DNA of 39,900 bases from Candidatus Kapaibacterium sp. (GTDB lineage: Bacteria > Verrucomicrobiota > Verrucomicrobiia > Limisphaerales > UBA9464). Shown one piece after another: positions 27,257 to 36,300 of the stretch (within the stretch, counting starts at the first letter, position 1; every line of letters starts with the position of its first letter). Location of the stretch: assembly GCA_044339945.1 (NCBI GenBank), contig JBIIUN010000003.1, forward strand, positions 1 through 39,900. The letters run 5' to 3'. Under the pieces are notes generated by a model, which saw only the letters and a list, made by a program, of their open reading frames with translations, ran no database searches and was not told the origin of the DNA. The position numbers were made by a program, and so were the translations under genes.

Positions 27257-29827
27257 ATGACGGGACACATCATGAAGACGTGGACGTGCAGTGCGCTGAT
27301 GCTCCTGGCAGGCTTGCCGGGAGTAGGTGTTTCCGGATTGGCGGCAAAGACGGAGATTGCCGCGCTGTTTGAGGAGTCCGGAACCGGCTTAGCCGTGGGG
27401 AAGGCTTTGCGCCCTGCCACCAAGCGTTCCCGGTTGGCGAAGATCAATTGGTCCGCGCTCCCGGGCCATGGGGCGGGGCTGTCCGCCCGCCGGGTCTTCC
27501 GGTTGAACCTGTTTCCGGGAGAGGAATTCGAGGTGTTGGTTTCAAAATTCGAGGTTCAGGGTGAACGGTTTGCGCTGGTCGGCAGCGTCGAGGGACAACC
27601 GGGTTCCCTGGTCACCCTGGCCGGCAACCCCCGCGCCATCGCGGGGGACATCTTTCTGCCCGGACGTGATCCGTTTCTCATTGAGTATGCCGGCGAAGGA
27701 ACCCATCGCATCGTCGAATCGGATCCGAGCCTGTTTCCGCCTTGCCAGGACCCGGGACCACCGGCAGCGGGCGCGGCGGGCCGGGCCGGGGCCAGCCAAC
27801 CGGCAGATCCTCCGGCCGTCCCCACTTTGGGGCCAGTGAGACGGGCGGGCGCCGAGCCGGAGCCACCGGCAATCATCGAGATTTTCGTCTCGTATACGCC
27901 CAAGGCATTGAAAGGGGCGGGCGGTCAGGACGGGATGGATGCGTTGATCGACGAATGTATCCTGGTGACGAATCAGGGCTTTGAGAACAGCCACATCAAC
28001 GCGCGCCTGCACCTCGCGGGCAGTTGGCTGACCGGGTATCAGGAATCCGGCAACTCCGCCACCGATCTGAACAACCTGCTCTACGGCGAACGGAATGGCT
28101 ACACGGGGAAGAGCGATGACCAGGGCGCCTACGCAGCCGCGGTCGGTCCGTTGCTGGGCATCGACATTACCTGCACCATCGTGGATTCCCTCTCGGACGG
28201 CACGGCTGGGCGGGCGGGGATCCTGACTTCTGGGGAGGTGGGGCGGGGCAAGGTCGGCTTGAGCGTCGTCTCCCGAACGTGGGCGACGCACGCGTTTCCC
28301 CACGAAATCGGCCACAATCTCGGTTGCAATCACGATGCGGCGAATGCCACCGGTCCCGGATTCTTTGCGTATTCAAAGGGCTGGAATTTTCAGGTCAACG
28401 GCCGGACCTATGGCACCATAATGTCCTACCCAGGCGACCGCATCCCCTACTTCTCGGCTCCCGAAATCTCGTTTCTCGGCGTGCCCACCGGGTTGGCCGG
28501 AGTCGCGGACAACGCGGCAACCGTCCGCGCCACGGCCCCGCTTGTGGCGGCGTCGTATTCGCCGGTCGAACTGCCCGCGTCGCACTACACCTTCACCACG
28601 CTCGCGGGCTCACCCGGTGAGCTCGGGTGGCGCGATGGCGTCGGAAAGTTCGCGCGGTTCGTGCAGCCTCGCGGCGTGGCGGTGGACCGCGACGGCAATG
28701 TCTTGGTGGCTGATTTGATGGGCCACACCCTGCGCAAAATCACGCCCGACGGAGCGGTCTCCACCCTTGCGGGTTTGGCGGGCTCGCGGGGCAGTGCCGA
28801 CGGCCTTGGAAAACAGGCCCGCTTCGACCAACCGGCCAGGATCGCCGTGGACTCACGCGGCCGGATCTACGTGGCGGATAGTTTCAACCGGACGATCCGC
28901 AGAGTCTCACCGGAGGGAGAGGTGACCACCTTGGCCGGTATGGCCGGGGAGCGGGGCCAGGTCGACGGAATTGGGGCCGCGGCGCGGTTTGGAGGCCCCG
29001 GGGGCCTGGCCGTTGACAATTCCGACAGCCTGATCGTTGCGGACGTAGTCAATCATTCCATCCGCAAGGTTTCGGCGGACGGGAAAGTGACGACCCTTGC
29101 AGGTGGGACGGAGGGGTATGCGGACGGAATCGGCAGGGAGGCGAAGTTTTCCTCCCCGGATGACCTCGCGGTGGACCCGGCGGGAAATGTCTTTGTCGCG
29201 GACGTCGAAAACATGTGCATCCGGAAAGTCACGCCGGCCGGCGTGGTCACGACGGTCATCGGACTGCCGGGCCAGCGTGGATTTGTTGATAGTGACAGAT
29301 CCCATGCCCGCTTCTCCTGGATCGGAGGCATTCTGCTGGAACCGGGTGGCGGCATCTTGGTGGCTGACTACGGGAACAACGTCCTGCGATCGATTTCGCC
29401 GGATGGATCGGTAACGACCATCGCCGGGGGGATTTTAGGAAGAGAAGAGAAAGTCGGCTGGGCCGGCAGTGCTGACGGCCCGGGGCCGCTCGCCCGGTTC
29501 TTCGAACCTCACGGGCTGGCGAGGGATTCCGCGGGCAACATTTACGTGGCGGATACCTCCAACAGGACCATCCGCAAGGGCAGCTTCAGCCCAAAGGGCC
29601 TGCCGGGGCTGCTCAGCCTGCAACTGGCCTCGCCGCCTTCAACGGACACGGGCTTTGGATTCACGAGCACCGTGATCTCCGGCCTGCGCTACCGGGTCCA
29701 AAGGACGACGGGCGCGGACGGTTGGACCGAGATAACGAACCTCCGTCCGTCAACCACGACGCTCAGTTTCGCGGACACGGTCCACACCAACAGTGGGGCA
29801 CACTTTTATCGGCTGGTCACGCCGTGA
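27257..29827 (+). CDS. Secreted reprolysin-like (M12B-type metzincin) zinc metalloprotease with NHL repeats and a C-terminal FYR-type domain
   Basis: Start ATG 27257 or 27272 with signal peptide. Zinc motif HEIGHNLGCNH (28301-28333) and Met-turn TIMSY. About 6 NHL repeats G..DG.G..ARF..P.G.AVD. Ends HFYRLVTP. Confidence 0.9.
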   Translation: MTGHIMKTWTCSALMLLAGLPGVGVSGLAAKTEIAALFEESGTGLAVGKALRPATKRSRLAKINWSALPGHGAGLSARRVFRLNLFPGEEFEVLVSKFEVQGERFALVGSVEGQPGSLVTLAGNPRAIAGDIFLPGRDPFLIEYAGEGTHRIVESDPSLFPPCQDPGPPAAGAAGRAGASQPADPPAVPTLGPVRRAGAEPEPPAIIEIFVSYTPKALKGAGGQDGMDALIDECILVTNQGFENSHINARLHLAGSWLTGYQESGNSATDLNNLLYGERNGYTGKSDDQGAYAAAVGPLLGIDITCTIVDSLSDGTAGRAGILTSGEVGRGKVGLSVVSRTWATHAFPHEIGHNLGCNHDAANATGPGFFAYSKGWNFQVNGRTYGTIMSYPGDRIPYFSAPEISFLGVPTGLAGVADNAATVRATAPLVAASYSPVELPASHYTFTTLAGSPGELGWRDGVGKFARFVQPRGVAVDRDGNVLVADLMGHTLRKITPDGAVSTLAGLAGSRGSADGLGKQARFDQPARIAVDSRGRIYVADSFNRTIRRVSPEGEVTTLAGMAGERGQVDGIGAAARFGGPGGLAVDNSDSLIVADVVNHSIRKVSADGKVTTLAGGTEGYADGIGREAKFSSPDDLAVDPAGNVFVADVENMCIRKVTPAGVVTTVIGLPGQRGFVDSDRSHARFSWIGGILLEPGGGILVADYGNNVLRSISPDGSVTTIAGGILGREEKVGWAGSADGPGPLARFFEPHGLARDSAGNIYVADTSNRTIRKGSFSPKGLPGLLSLQLASPPSTDTGFGFTSTVISGLRYRVQRTTGADGWTEITNLRPSTTTLSFADTVHTNSGAHFYRLVTP

Positions 29828-29977
29828 AATAGTCCCAATGACGGGAATCGCCATTCGAACGTCGCCGCGCACCACGCTGCCGTCGCCAACTAGACCGCCA
29901 CGAACAACGTGCCGCCCGGCCGGTTCGTCGCCCAAGTCCGCGCCAAGGCCAGGTAGGCTTCTTGTTGTGGGCTTAGG

Positions 29978-30008
29978 TTGGAGGGCGGCGTGGACGCCTC
30001 ACTCCGAA
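29978..30008. repeat. REP-like imperfect palindrome
   Basis: TTGGAG-ggc-GGCGT-gg-ACGCC-tca-CTCCGAA hairpin overlapping the stop of the small minus-strand ORF. Confidence 0.3.
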
Positions 30009-30226
30009 CTTATGCCCAACGGGGGCAACTGGGGTGCCTGTTCGTAGAGGCTTTCCACGGTCTCGGAGGCGAACAGTTCGTCGCGCATCCCCACATAATC
30101 GCCCTGACCAAGCTGCCAAGTGGAGAGGAGGCGGGCGACCTTGGAGGCGGGCAGGCGTTCCATGAGCACTTCTTCCGCCTCGGCGGTGGTCGCGGACTCA
30201 TTTTGGACGGTCACACTCATGGTCAA
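29999..30226 (-). CDS. Small protein, putative orphan antitoxin-like
   Basis: 75 aa with L...L...KVAR......LG.GDY...RDELF..ETV.SLY. From memory this resembles small proteins that accompany PIN toxins. Lies directly downstream of the vapC pseudogene. Confidence 0.5.
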   Translation of the reverse strand: MTMSVTVQNESATTAEAEEVLMERLPASKVARLLSTWQLGQGDYVGMRDELFASETVESLYEQAPQLPPLGISSE

Positions 30227-30259
30227 CTCAGGCTGGTGATGAACGGCACGCGCTTGGCC

Positions 30260-30640
30260 TCAGTCAGCCGGCTTAACCTCCGCAAACGGATTCCAAAGCT
30301 TCAGGCTTGGAATCCAAGCGAAGTCGTCGGTGTTGCGGGTAACTAGGGTCTGGACATGAACGAGTGCGGTCGCCGCGATGATGGCATCGCCCAAGGTCAG
30401 AGACTTTTGTTGGCGGAGCCGGATGGCTTCCAAAGTCACAGCCTCCAAAAGCGGGAAGATCTCCAGAGCCGCGAAAAAAGCCTCCAAAGCGGTGTGTTCG
30501 CCCGGCGCTAGACGGTGGAAGCCAAGAACCGCAATCCGCCTGATGACCGACACGGAACAGTCGCGGTCCCGGATCTATTCGCGCAAGGCGTGATGCGCCG
30601 GTTGCGCCGCGTAGATCAGGATGTTGCTGTCGAGCAACAT
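30260..30640 (-). pseudogene. vapC: VapC/PIN toxin pseudogene
   Basis: ATG 30640 gives MLLDSNILIY...LRE*IRDRDCSVSVIRRIAVLG, with an in-frame TAG at 30577-30575. The expected second acidic residue reads Ala. Later PIN motifs DAIIAATAL and LVTRNTDDF are intact. Confidence 0.88.
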
Positions 30641-30909
30641 CAGCCCTCCCGCCCCGGCAAGGGTCGTTCCAGCCGCTGCCCGCGTTGCCAAGCCGTCGGG
30701 TCAGCGATGCCCGCGATTCCGCCGAGACGGGCGAGTTGTTCGAGGGCGGCGTAGGCCCGCTGCCGCCGGACAGGGGCATCCAGGTCGGCGGCCTTGGCGA
30801 GCTGCAAGACGGCGACGACTTCGAGCGGTTGTCCGCGCAGCACCTCGGGCACCTGTAGCTGGAGCCAGCCATCGGCACCGCTCGTGGCGGTCGTGGAGAT
30901 CGTCGTAAT
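30640..30909 (-). pseudogene. Cognate antitoxin of the PIN toxin; start codon apparently mutated to ATT
   Basis: TGA overlaps the vapC ATG (TGATG). Frame reads (ATT)TTISTTATSGADGWLQLQVP...DPTAWQRGQRLERPLPGREG. A promoter-like TTGACT-N17-AAATCT (30944-30916) ends 6 nt before the ATT. Confidence 0.6.
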
Positions 30910-31083
30910 GGCGGGAGATTTCGCAGTGGAGAGGTTGAAGTCAATGTGAGGCTGACGACTTGTGTCTGGCGAAACGGATCTTCTCCGGAGTGCGCCGGAG
31001 TTGGTCGCAGCTTCCCCTGGTGAGCGAGTGGTGGCGCATCAACCGGCCTGGTCATTGCACAGGAACGTTCCCCGGGGTGCCCA

Positions 31084-31147
31084 TTGGGAGTTCCGCCTTC
31101 AGGGGGGGCGTGCATGCAACTTTGCTGTGTAAATGCGCAACTCCGAA
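31084..31147. repeat. Degenerate REP-like inverted repeat
   Basis: TTGGGAGTTCCGCCTTC versus the reverse complement of AAATGCGCAACTCCGAA gives 13/17 matches. Confidence 0.4.
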
Positions 31148-31240
31148 CACTCCCCGCGTCGGTGTTGGAGCAGTGTTCGGAAACCCAGGCGTTTCGCATC
31201 GCCAGTCCGGGGCCGCTGAACTAAGACCATTGCCACGACG

Positions 31241-31945
31241 ATGAGCGGACACAAACGAGGGCTGCTACTGGCGTATTTTGTGGCCAGCGCCTGGCTTGCC
31301 GTAGCCAAGCCGCCGGAGACGCGGCTCGAGGTGCAACGGCATGGCGTGGTGTTCGAGGAGTGGATTCGCAACACCTTCTTTGCCGGCTACCGTCCTCCGG
31401 CCTACACCCAGCGCTGGGACATTCCGGCGAACGTGAACACCAACCACGGCGGAATCCCAGTGAATCCCAAGGCGGCCAAGTTTGGCACCCCGGTGGACTT
31501 GGGCGATGCGCTCCGGCAGTTCGACATCCAGGAACCGTTCCTGCTGATCGTCGGCTTCTGGCAGCAGGAGGGGGCGGTGAAACGTTTCGTGAACGTCCAG
31601 GCCGTCCGCGTCGAGCCGGAGCAGTGGCGGCGACTTTGGGGCTCGGTCACCCGCGCGGACCTCGAACGACTGGACGCCCTAATCAAGGATCCGTCCCGCG
31701 ACGTGCTCGCCGTCCGGCGGGAAGCCCAAGCCGCCAAACGCCGACCACCGTTTGCGGGCGCGGTGATCCAGGTGAATCCCAAGATCGACGCGAAACAGCG
31801 TCGGTTGCAGTGCAGCCTCCGGTTCGGGGATTTCTTCGGACACTTGGCGCCATTGGCGGACCGGGCGGCGACCAACGCGCCGACCTTGTTTGGCGTGGCG
31901 CTGCCGGCGGAGGTGGCGTCGCCGCCCCGTGAATTCCGGCGCTAG
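31241..31945 (+). CDS. Signal-peptide protein, possible PD-(D/E)XK restriction-endonuclease-like fold
   Basis: N-terminus MSGHKRGLLLAYFVASAWLAVA, then EVQRHG..FE, WDIP, VNPK, LGDALRQF and NPKIDAKQRRLQCSL. Codon usage is coding-like. Confidence 0.6.
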   Translation: MSGHKRGLLLAYFVASAWLAVAKPPETRLEVQRHGVVFEEWIRNTFFAGYRPPAYTQRWDIPANVNTNHGGIPVNPKAAKFGTPVDLGDALRQFDIQEPFLLIVGFWQQEGAVKRFVNVQAVRVEPEQWRRLWGSVTRADLERLDALIKDPSRDVLAVRREAQAAKRRPPFAGAVIQVNPKIDAKQRRLQCSLRFGDFFGHLAPLADRAATNAPTLFGVALPAEVASPPREFRR

Positions 31946-32025
31946 GAGGCAGGCTTTCCCTGGGGCCCGCGGCAAACGCGGGAATTTTGCTTCTAGGCCC
32001 GCTCCGCGCGGTGTTTGCTGGGGCC

Positions 32026-33156
32026 ATGAAACTCCCCGCTGCCCTTGTTGGACTGGCGCTCGCCGGCTCGGTCTCCGCCGAACAATTCCTGCTCTATGTC
32101 GGGACCTACACCGGCGCGAAGAGCGAAGGAATCTACGGCTACCGCTTTGATTCCGGCACCGGCGAGGTCTCGGAACTGGGGTTGGCCGCGAAGTCGACGA
32201 ATCCCACGTTCCTCGCGGTGCATCCGAACGGCCGCTTCGTTTACGCCGCCAACGAGACCGGCAAATGGGGCGATCAGCCGGGTGGCTATGTTTCGGCCTT
32301 CCGGGTGGATTCCGCCACGGGACGACTGATCGAACTTAACCAACAATCGTCGGTCGGCGGCGCTCCCTGCCATCTCAACGTGGATGCGACCGGCAAGAAC
32401 GTGCTCGTGGCGAACTACAGTGGCGGTTCGGTCGCGTGTTTGCCGCTGAATGCCGACGGTTCGCTGAAGCCCCACAGCGCCTTTGTCCAGCACGTTGGTT
32501 CCAGCGTGAATCCGGCCCGGCAGAAAGAACCCCACGGGCATTCGGTGAACCTTTCCCCAGACAACCGGTTCGCCTTCGTGGCCGACCTGGGCACCGACAA
32601 GATCCACACCTACGCCTTCGACGCAGCGGCGGGTTCGCTGACGGCCCGCCCGGAGCTCGATGTCGTCATGACTCCGGGGTCGGGTCCGCGTCACTTTGCC
32701 TTCGGTCCGAAGGGGGCCAAGGCCTACGTGATCAATGAGCTGTTGCAGACGGTGACGGCCTTCCGGTATGCGCCCAAGACCGGAAAGCTGACGGCAGTGG
32801 ATACGATTTCCACGCTGCCGGACGCGAAGCCGGTCCCGGGCAACTCGACCGCGGAGGTGCGGGTGCATCCGAACGGTAAGTTCGTCTACGGGAGCAACCG
32901 GGGGCACGATTCGATCGCGGTGTTCGCTGTGGGGAAAGGGGGCAAACTTTCGGCGGTGCAGCATGTGCCGGTCGGTGGCAAGACGCCGCGGAACTTCAAT
33001 TTTGATCCCAGCGGGCGATTCCTGTTCGCCGGTCACCAGAGCTCCGATTCGTTCAGTGTATTCGCGGTGGATGGGAAGACCGGGCAGCTATCGGCCACGG
33101 GCAAAACGTTCAAGGTGGGGTCGCCGGTATGCTTCCGGTTTGTGCCGGTCCCGTGA
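32026..33156 (+). CDS. pgl: 6-phosphogluconolactonase / lactonase beta-propeller (YbhE family), exported
   Basis: ATG 32026 with signal peptide. Motifs YVGTYT, NPTFLA, VANYSGGS, RQKEPHGH, DLGTD, GSGPRH, SNRGHDS, GKTPRNF. Confidence 0.9.
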   Translation: MKLPAALVGLALAGSVSAEQFLLYVGTYTGAKSEGIYGYRFDSGTGEVSELGLAAKSTNPTFLAVHPNGRFVYAANETGKWGDQPGGYVSAFRVDSATGRLIELNQQSSVGGAPCHLNVDATGKNVLVANYSGGSVACLPLNADGSLKPHSAFVQHVGSSVNPARQKEPHGHSVNLSPDNRFAFVADLGTDKIHTYAFDAAAGSLTARPELDVVMTPGSGPRHFAFGPKGAKAYVINELLQTVTAFRYAPKTGKLTAVDTISTLPDAKPVPGNSTAEVRVHPNGKFVYGSNRGHDSIAVFAVGKGGKLSAVQHVPVGGKTPRNFNFDPSGRFLFAGHQSSDSFSVFAVDGKTGQLSATGKTFKVGSPVCFRFVPVP

Positions 33157-33157
33157 T

Positions 33158-33206
33158 CTGGGCGTGGGTTTGCCACCCACGGTCCCCAAAGGGGGCTCAG
33201 TTTTTT
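33158..33206 (+). terminator. Possible terminator after pgl
   Basis: CTGGGC...GCTCAG closing stem with inner stems GTGGG/CCCAC and CCCC/GGGG, followed by T6. Confidence 0.45.
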
Positions 33207-33354
33207 GCTAAGGATGTGGAAGTCGCCCCGGTTGGTGATAAATGGGCGCGACTTTACGGGTTGAAGGGCCGGCATGGAACCGAGGGTGGTCCGACGACTC
33301 GGCGTGGACCCTTGGCAATTCCTGGTCTGTCGCTAGGTTCCCGCCACACCTGTC

Positions 33355-36300
33355 ATGAATCGTATCTATCGATGGCTGTTCGCCGTCCTGCTGGCCGGGG
33401 CCGGGTTTGAGGTCGCGCTTGTCGGTCAGGAGTTGTTTCCGGCCGGGTCCGAATGGCGCTACGTCAAAGGCACGCAGCCAGCTTCCCGGCCCGACTTTAC
33501 TTCATGGAGGGGACCAAGCTTCGACGATACTGGCTGGGCCGTGGGGCGGGCGGCGTTCTACTACGGCGATCCGTTCACCGGCACCGAGCTAACGGACATG
33601 CAGAACAGCTACAGCACAGTGTTCCTGCGGAGGCAGTTCACTGTAGCGAATCCGGCGGACATCAAGACGCTGATCCTGCGTGCGGCTTGTGACGACGGAT
33701 TCATCTGCTGGATCAACGGACGCGAAGCGATGCGCTTCAACATGCCGGCGGGTGAAGTGGCCTTCGACGGGTTTGCCAGCAGCGCGGTGAATCCTGATCC
33801 CGCGGTGTTCAACGACTATCCGATCGCCAACGCCCAGACCCTGCTGAGCAAGGGCGTCAATCACATCGCCATCCAATTGGTGAACACGACGCTGGGCAGC
33901 AGTGACATCGTCTGGGACGCGTCGCTCAATTTTGAGGGTGACTTCGACGCACCGGTCATCGCGAGCCAATCGCCGGGAGCCGGTGCAGCCGTCCGGGAAT
34001 TGTTTTCGGTGGAAGTCATCTTCAGCGAGGGCGTGAAGGGCGTGGACGCTGCTGACCTGCTGGTCAATGGCAGGGCGGCGACCAACGTCATTGAAATTAC
34101 CCCGGGGCAGTTCGTGTTCAGTTTCCCCAAGGCGGCCAACGGGGCCGTGACGGTGGCGTTCCGGGCCGGCCACGGGATCACGGACTTGGCGGGGACGCCG
34201 CACCCGTTCGCGGGCGCCTCTTGGGGCTATACGGTCGATCCAACCCTCCCGACCCCGGGGTTGCTCATCAGCGAATTCCTCGCCGACAATGACGGCGTCA
34301 ATCGCGACGAGGATGGCGACGAATCCGACTGGATCGAGCTGTTCAATTCGTCGGCCCAAAGCGTTTCGCTCTTCGGTTGGTCGTTGACCGATGACCCGGC
34401 GAACCTGACGAAGTGGCGCTTTCCGAACCTGACCTTGCCGTCCGGGGGGCGCCTGCTGGTGTTCGCCTCCGAGAAGAACCGCACGGCGACGACTGGCCGG
34501 CTGCACACCAACTTCAAGCTCTCCAATGGCGGGGAGTTCCTAGCTTTGGTGAATCCGTCCGGCGAGGTAGCGTCCGGCTTTGCCCCGGTTTATCCGCCGC
34601 AGCGCAAAAACGTGTCCTACGGCCGGGCCAACGGGGCGCCAAACGTGGTGGGCTATTTCGCAACCCCCACCCCGGGCACGGCCAATTCGTCCAACGGCGC
34701 CGGCTTCGCCCCGGAGCTCACGTTTTCCGTCAAGGGCGGCACCTACCAGAGGGATTTCGCGCTCGCGGTGGCGCTGAAAAGTCCGAATCCGGCCGCGGTC
34801 ATCCGCTACACGCTCGATGGTTCGTTGCCCACGGAAGCCTCGCCGGTTTACGGCTCGGCCATCGCGATCAGCGGCTCGGTCATCGTCCGCGGCCGGGCGT
34901 TCGCGCCGGGGCTTCTCCCCGGCGAACCGCGCACCGAGATGTATCTGAAGCTGGAGGGCACTGCGCCCACGTTTGCGTCGGACTTGCCGGTGATGATCCT
35001 GCATAATTTCGGCAAGGCGCGCCCGCCGGCCGACGGTCAGCAAACGGCCTATCTCCAAGTCTACGAACCGGTGAATGGGGTGACGACGCTGACGAATCCG
35101 CCGACGGTGCGTTCCAAGGTTGGCATCGGTGCCCGCGGCTCAAGCACGCTGGGCTATTCCAAGGTCAGCCTTAACCTCGAAACCCGGGATGAATTTGAAG
35201 CCGATGACGACCGGGAACTGTTGGGGATGCCCGCGGACTCGGACTGGGTGCTCTACGCCCCGAACAATTTCGAACCCATCCTCATCCACAATCCCTTTGC
35301 GCATCAGCTTAGCCGGGACATCGGGCGCTATTCGTCGCGGACCCGCTTCGTCGAGCTGTTCCTCATCACGGACCGTGTGGGCACGGTTCGTTACCCGGGG
35401 ACCTACGCCGGGATCTATGTGCTCGAGGAGCGGATCCGCCGCAGTCCGGACCGGGTGGCGGTCGACAGGTTGGAGCCGGAACACAGCAGGCCGCCTCAGG
35501 TGACCGGCGGCTACCTCCTCAAGGTGGACCGCACCGGTCCCGGCGAGGTCGGCTTTTTTGCGGCCAACCAGGGCATGGCGTTCGTGGAGCCGTCGGAGTC
35601 GGAGATGTTCCTGCCGGAACGGGCCGCCCAACGACAGTATCTGCAGAATCACTTCGATGCGTTTGGAACCGCGCTATACGGCAGCAACTGGCGCAACCCG
35701 ACGACCGGCTATCGCGCCTACATCGATGTGGAGGCGTGGATTGACTACCACCTGATCAATACCCTGACCTTCAACGTGGATGCGCTGCGTCTCAGCGCCT
35801 ACCTCTACAAACCACGCAACGGCAAGATCACCTTCGGGCCCCACTGGGACTTTGACCGTGCCCTGTATTCCACCGACGGCCGCGACTTCAATCCCCGTAT
35901 CTGGAGTTCCGCGAATGGTTCCGGAACGGACTTTTTCAATGAGACGACCCAAGCGTGGTGGGGGCGGCTCTTCCAGGACCCGGACTTCTTCCAGCAATGG
36001 ATTGATCGTTACCAGGACCTGCGGGCGGCCGAGTTTTCGACCACGAACCTGCATCGGTTGGTGGACCAACTGACCGGCGAAGTTCGCAAGGCGCAACCGC
36101 GCGAACAGTCCAAGTGGGGCGGGTCAGCCCCGCCGCGGAACGGCTTCCAAGGCGAGATCAACTCGCTGAAGTTCTGGCTCTCCAACCGGGTCTCGTTCAT
36201 GGACAGCCAGTTTGTGTTCCGCCCAACCAACAGCACGCCGGGCGGCCGGTTCACCAACAGCCTCAGTGTTCGCCTGACGGGGCCGGCCGGCGGGACCATC

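Noticed and set aside
13713-30577. Genome-wide TAG recoding, suggested by two in-frame amber codons (13713 and 30575)
   Set aside because: rpsG (HFRW-TAG), rpsL and fadL (terminal Phe-TAG) end in TAG at their expected C-termini. vapC also has other lesions, so it is an ordinary pseudogene.
30273-31199. 308-aa minus-strand ORF
   Set aside because: Low-complexity Pro/Arg/Ser sequence overlapping the real TA frames; no motifs.
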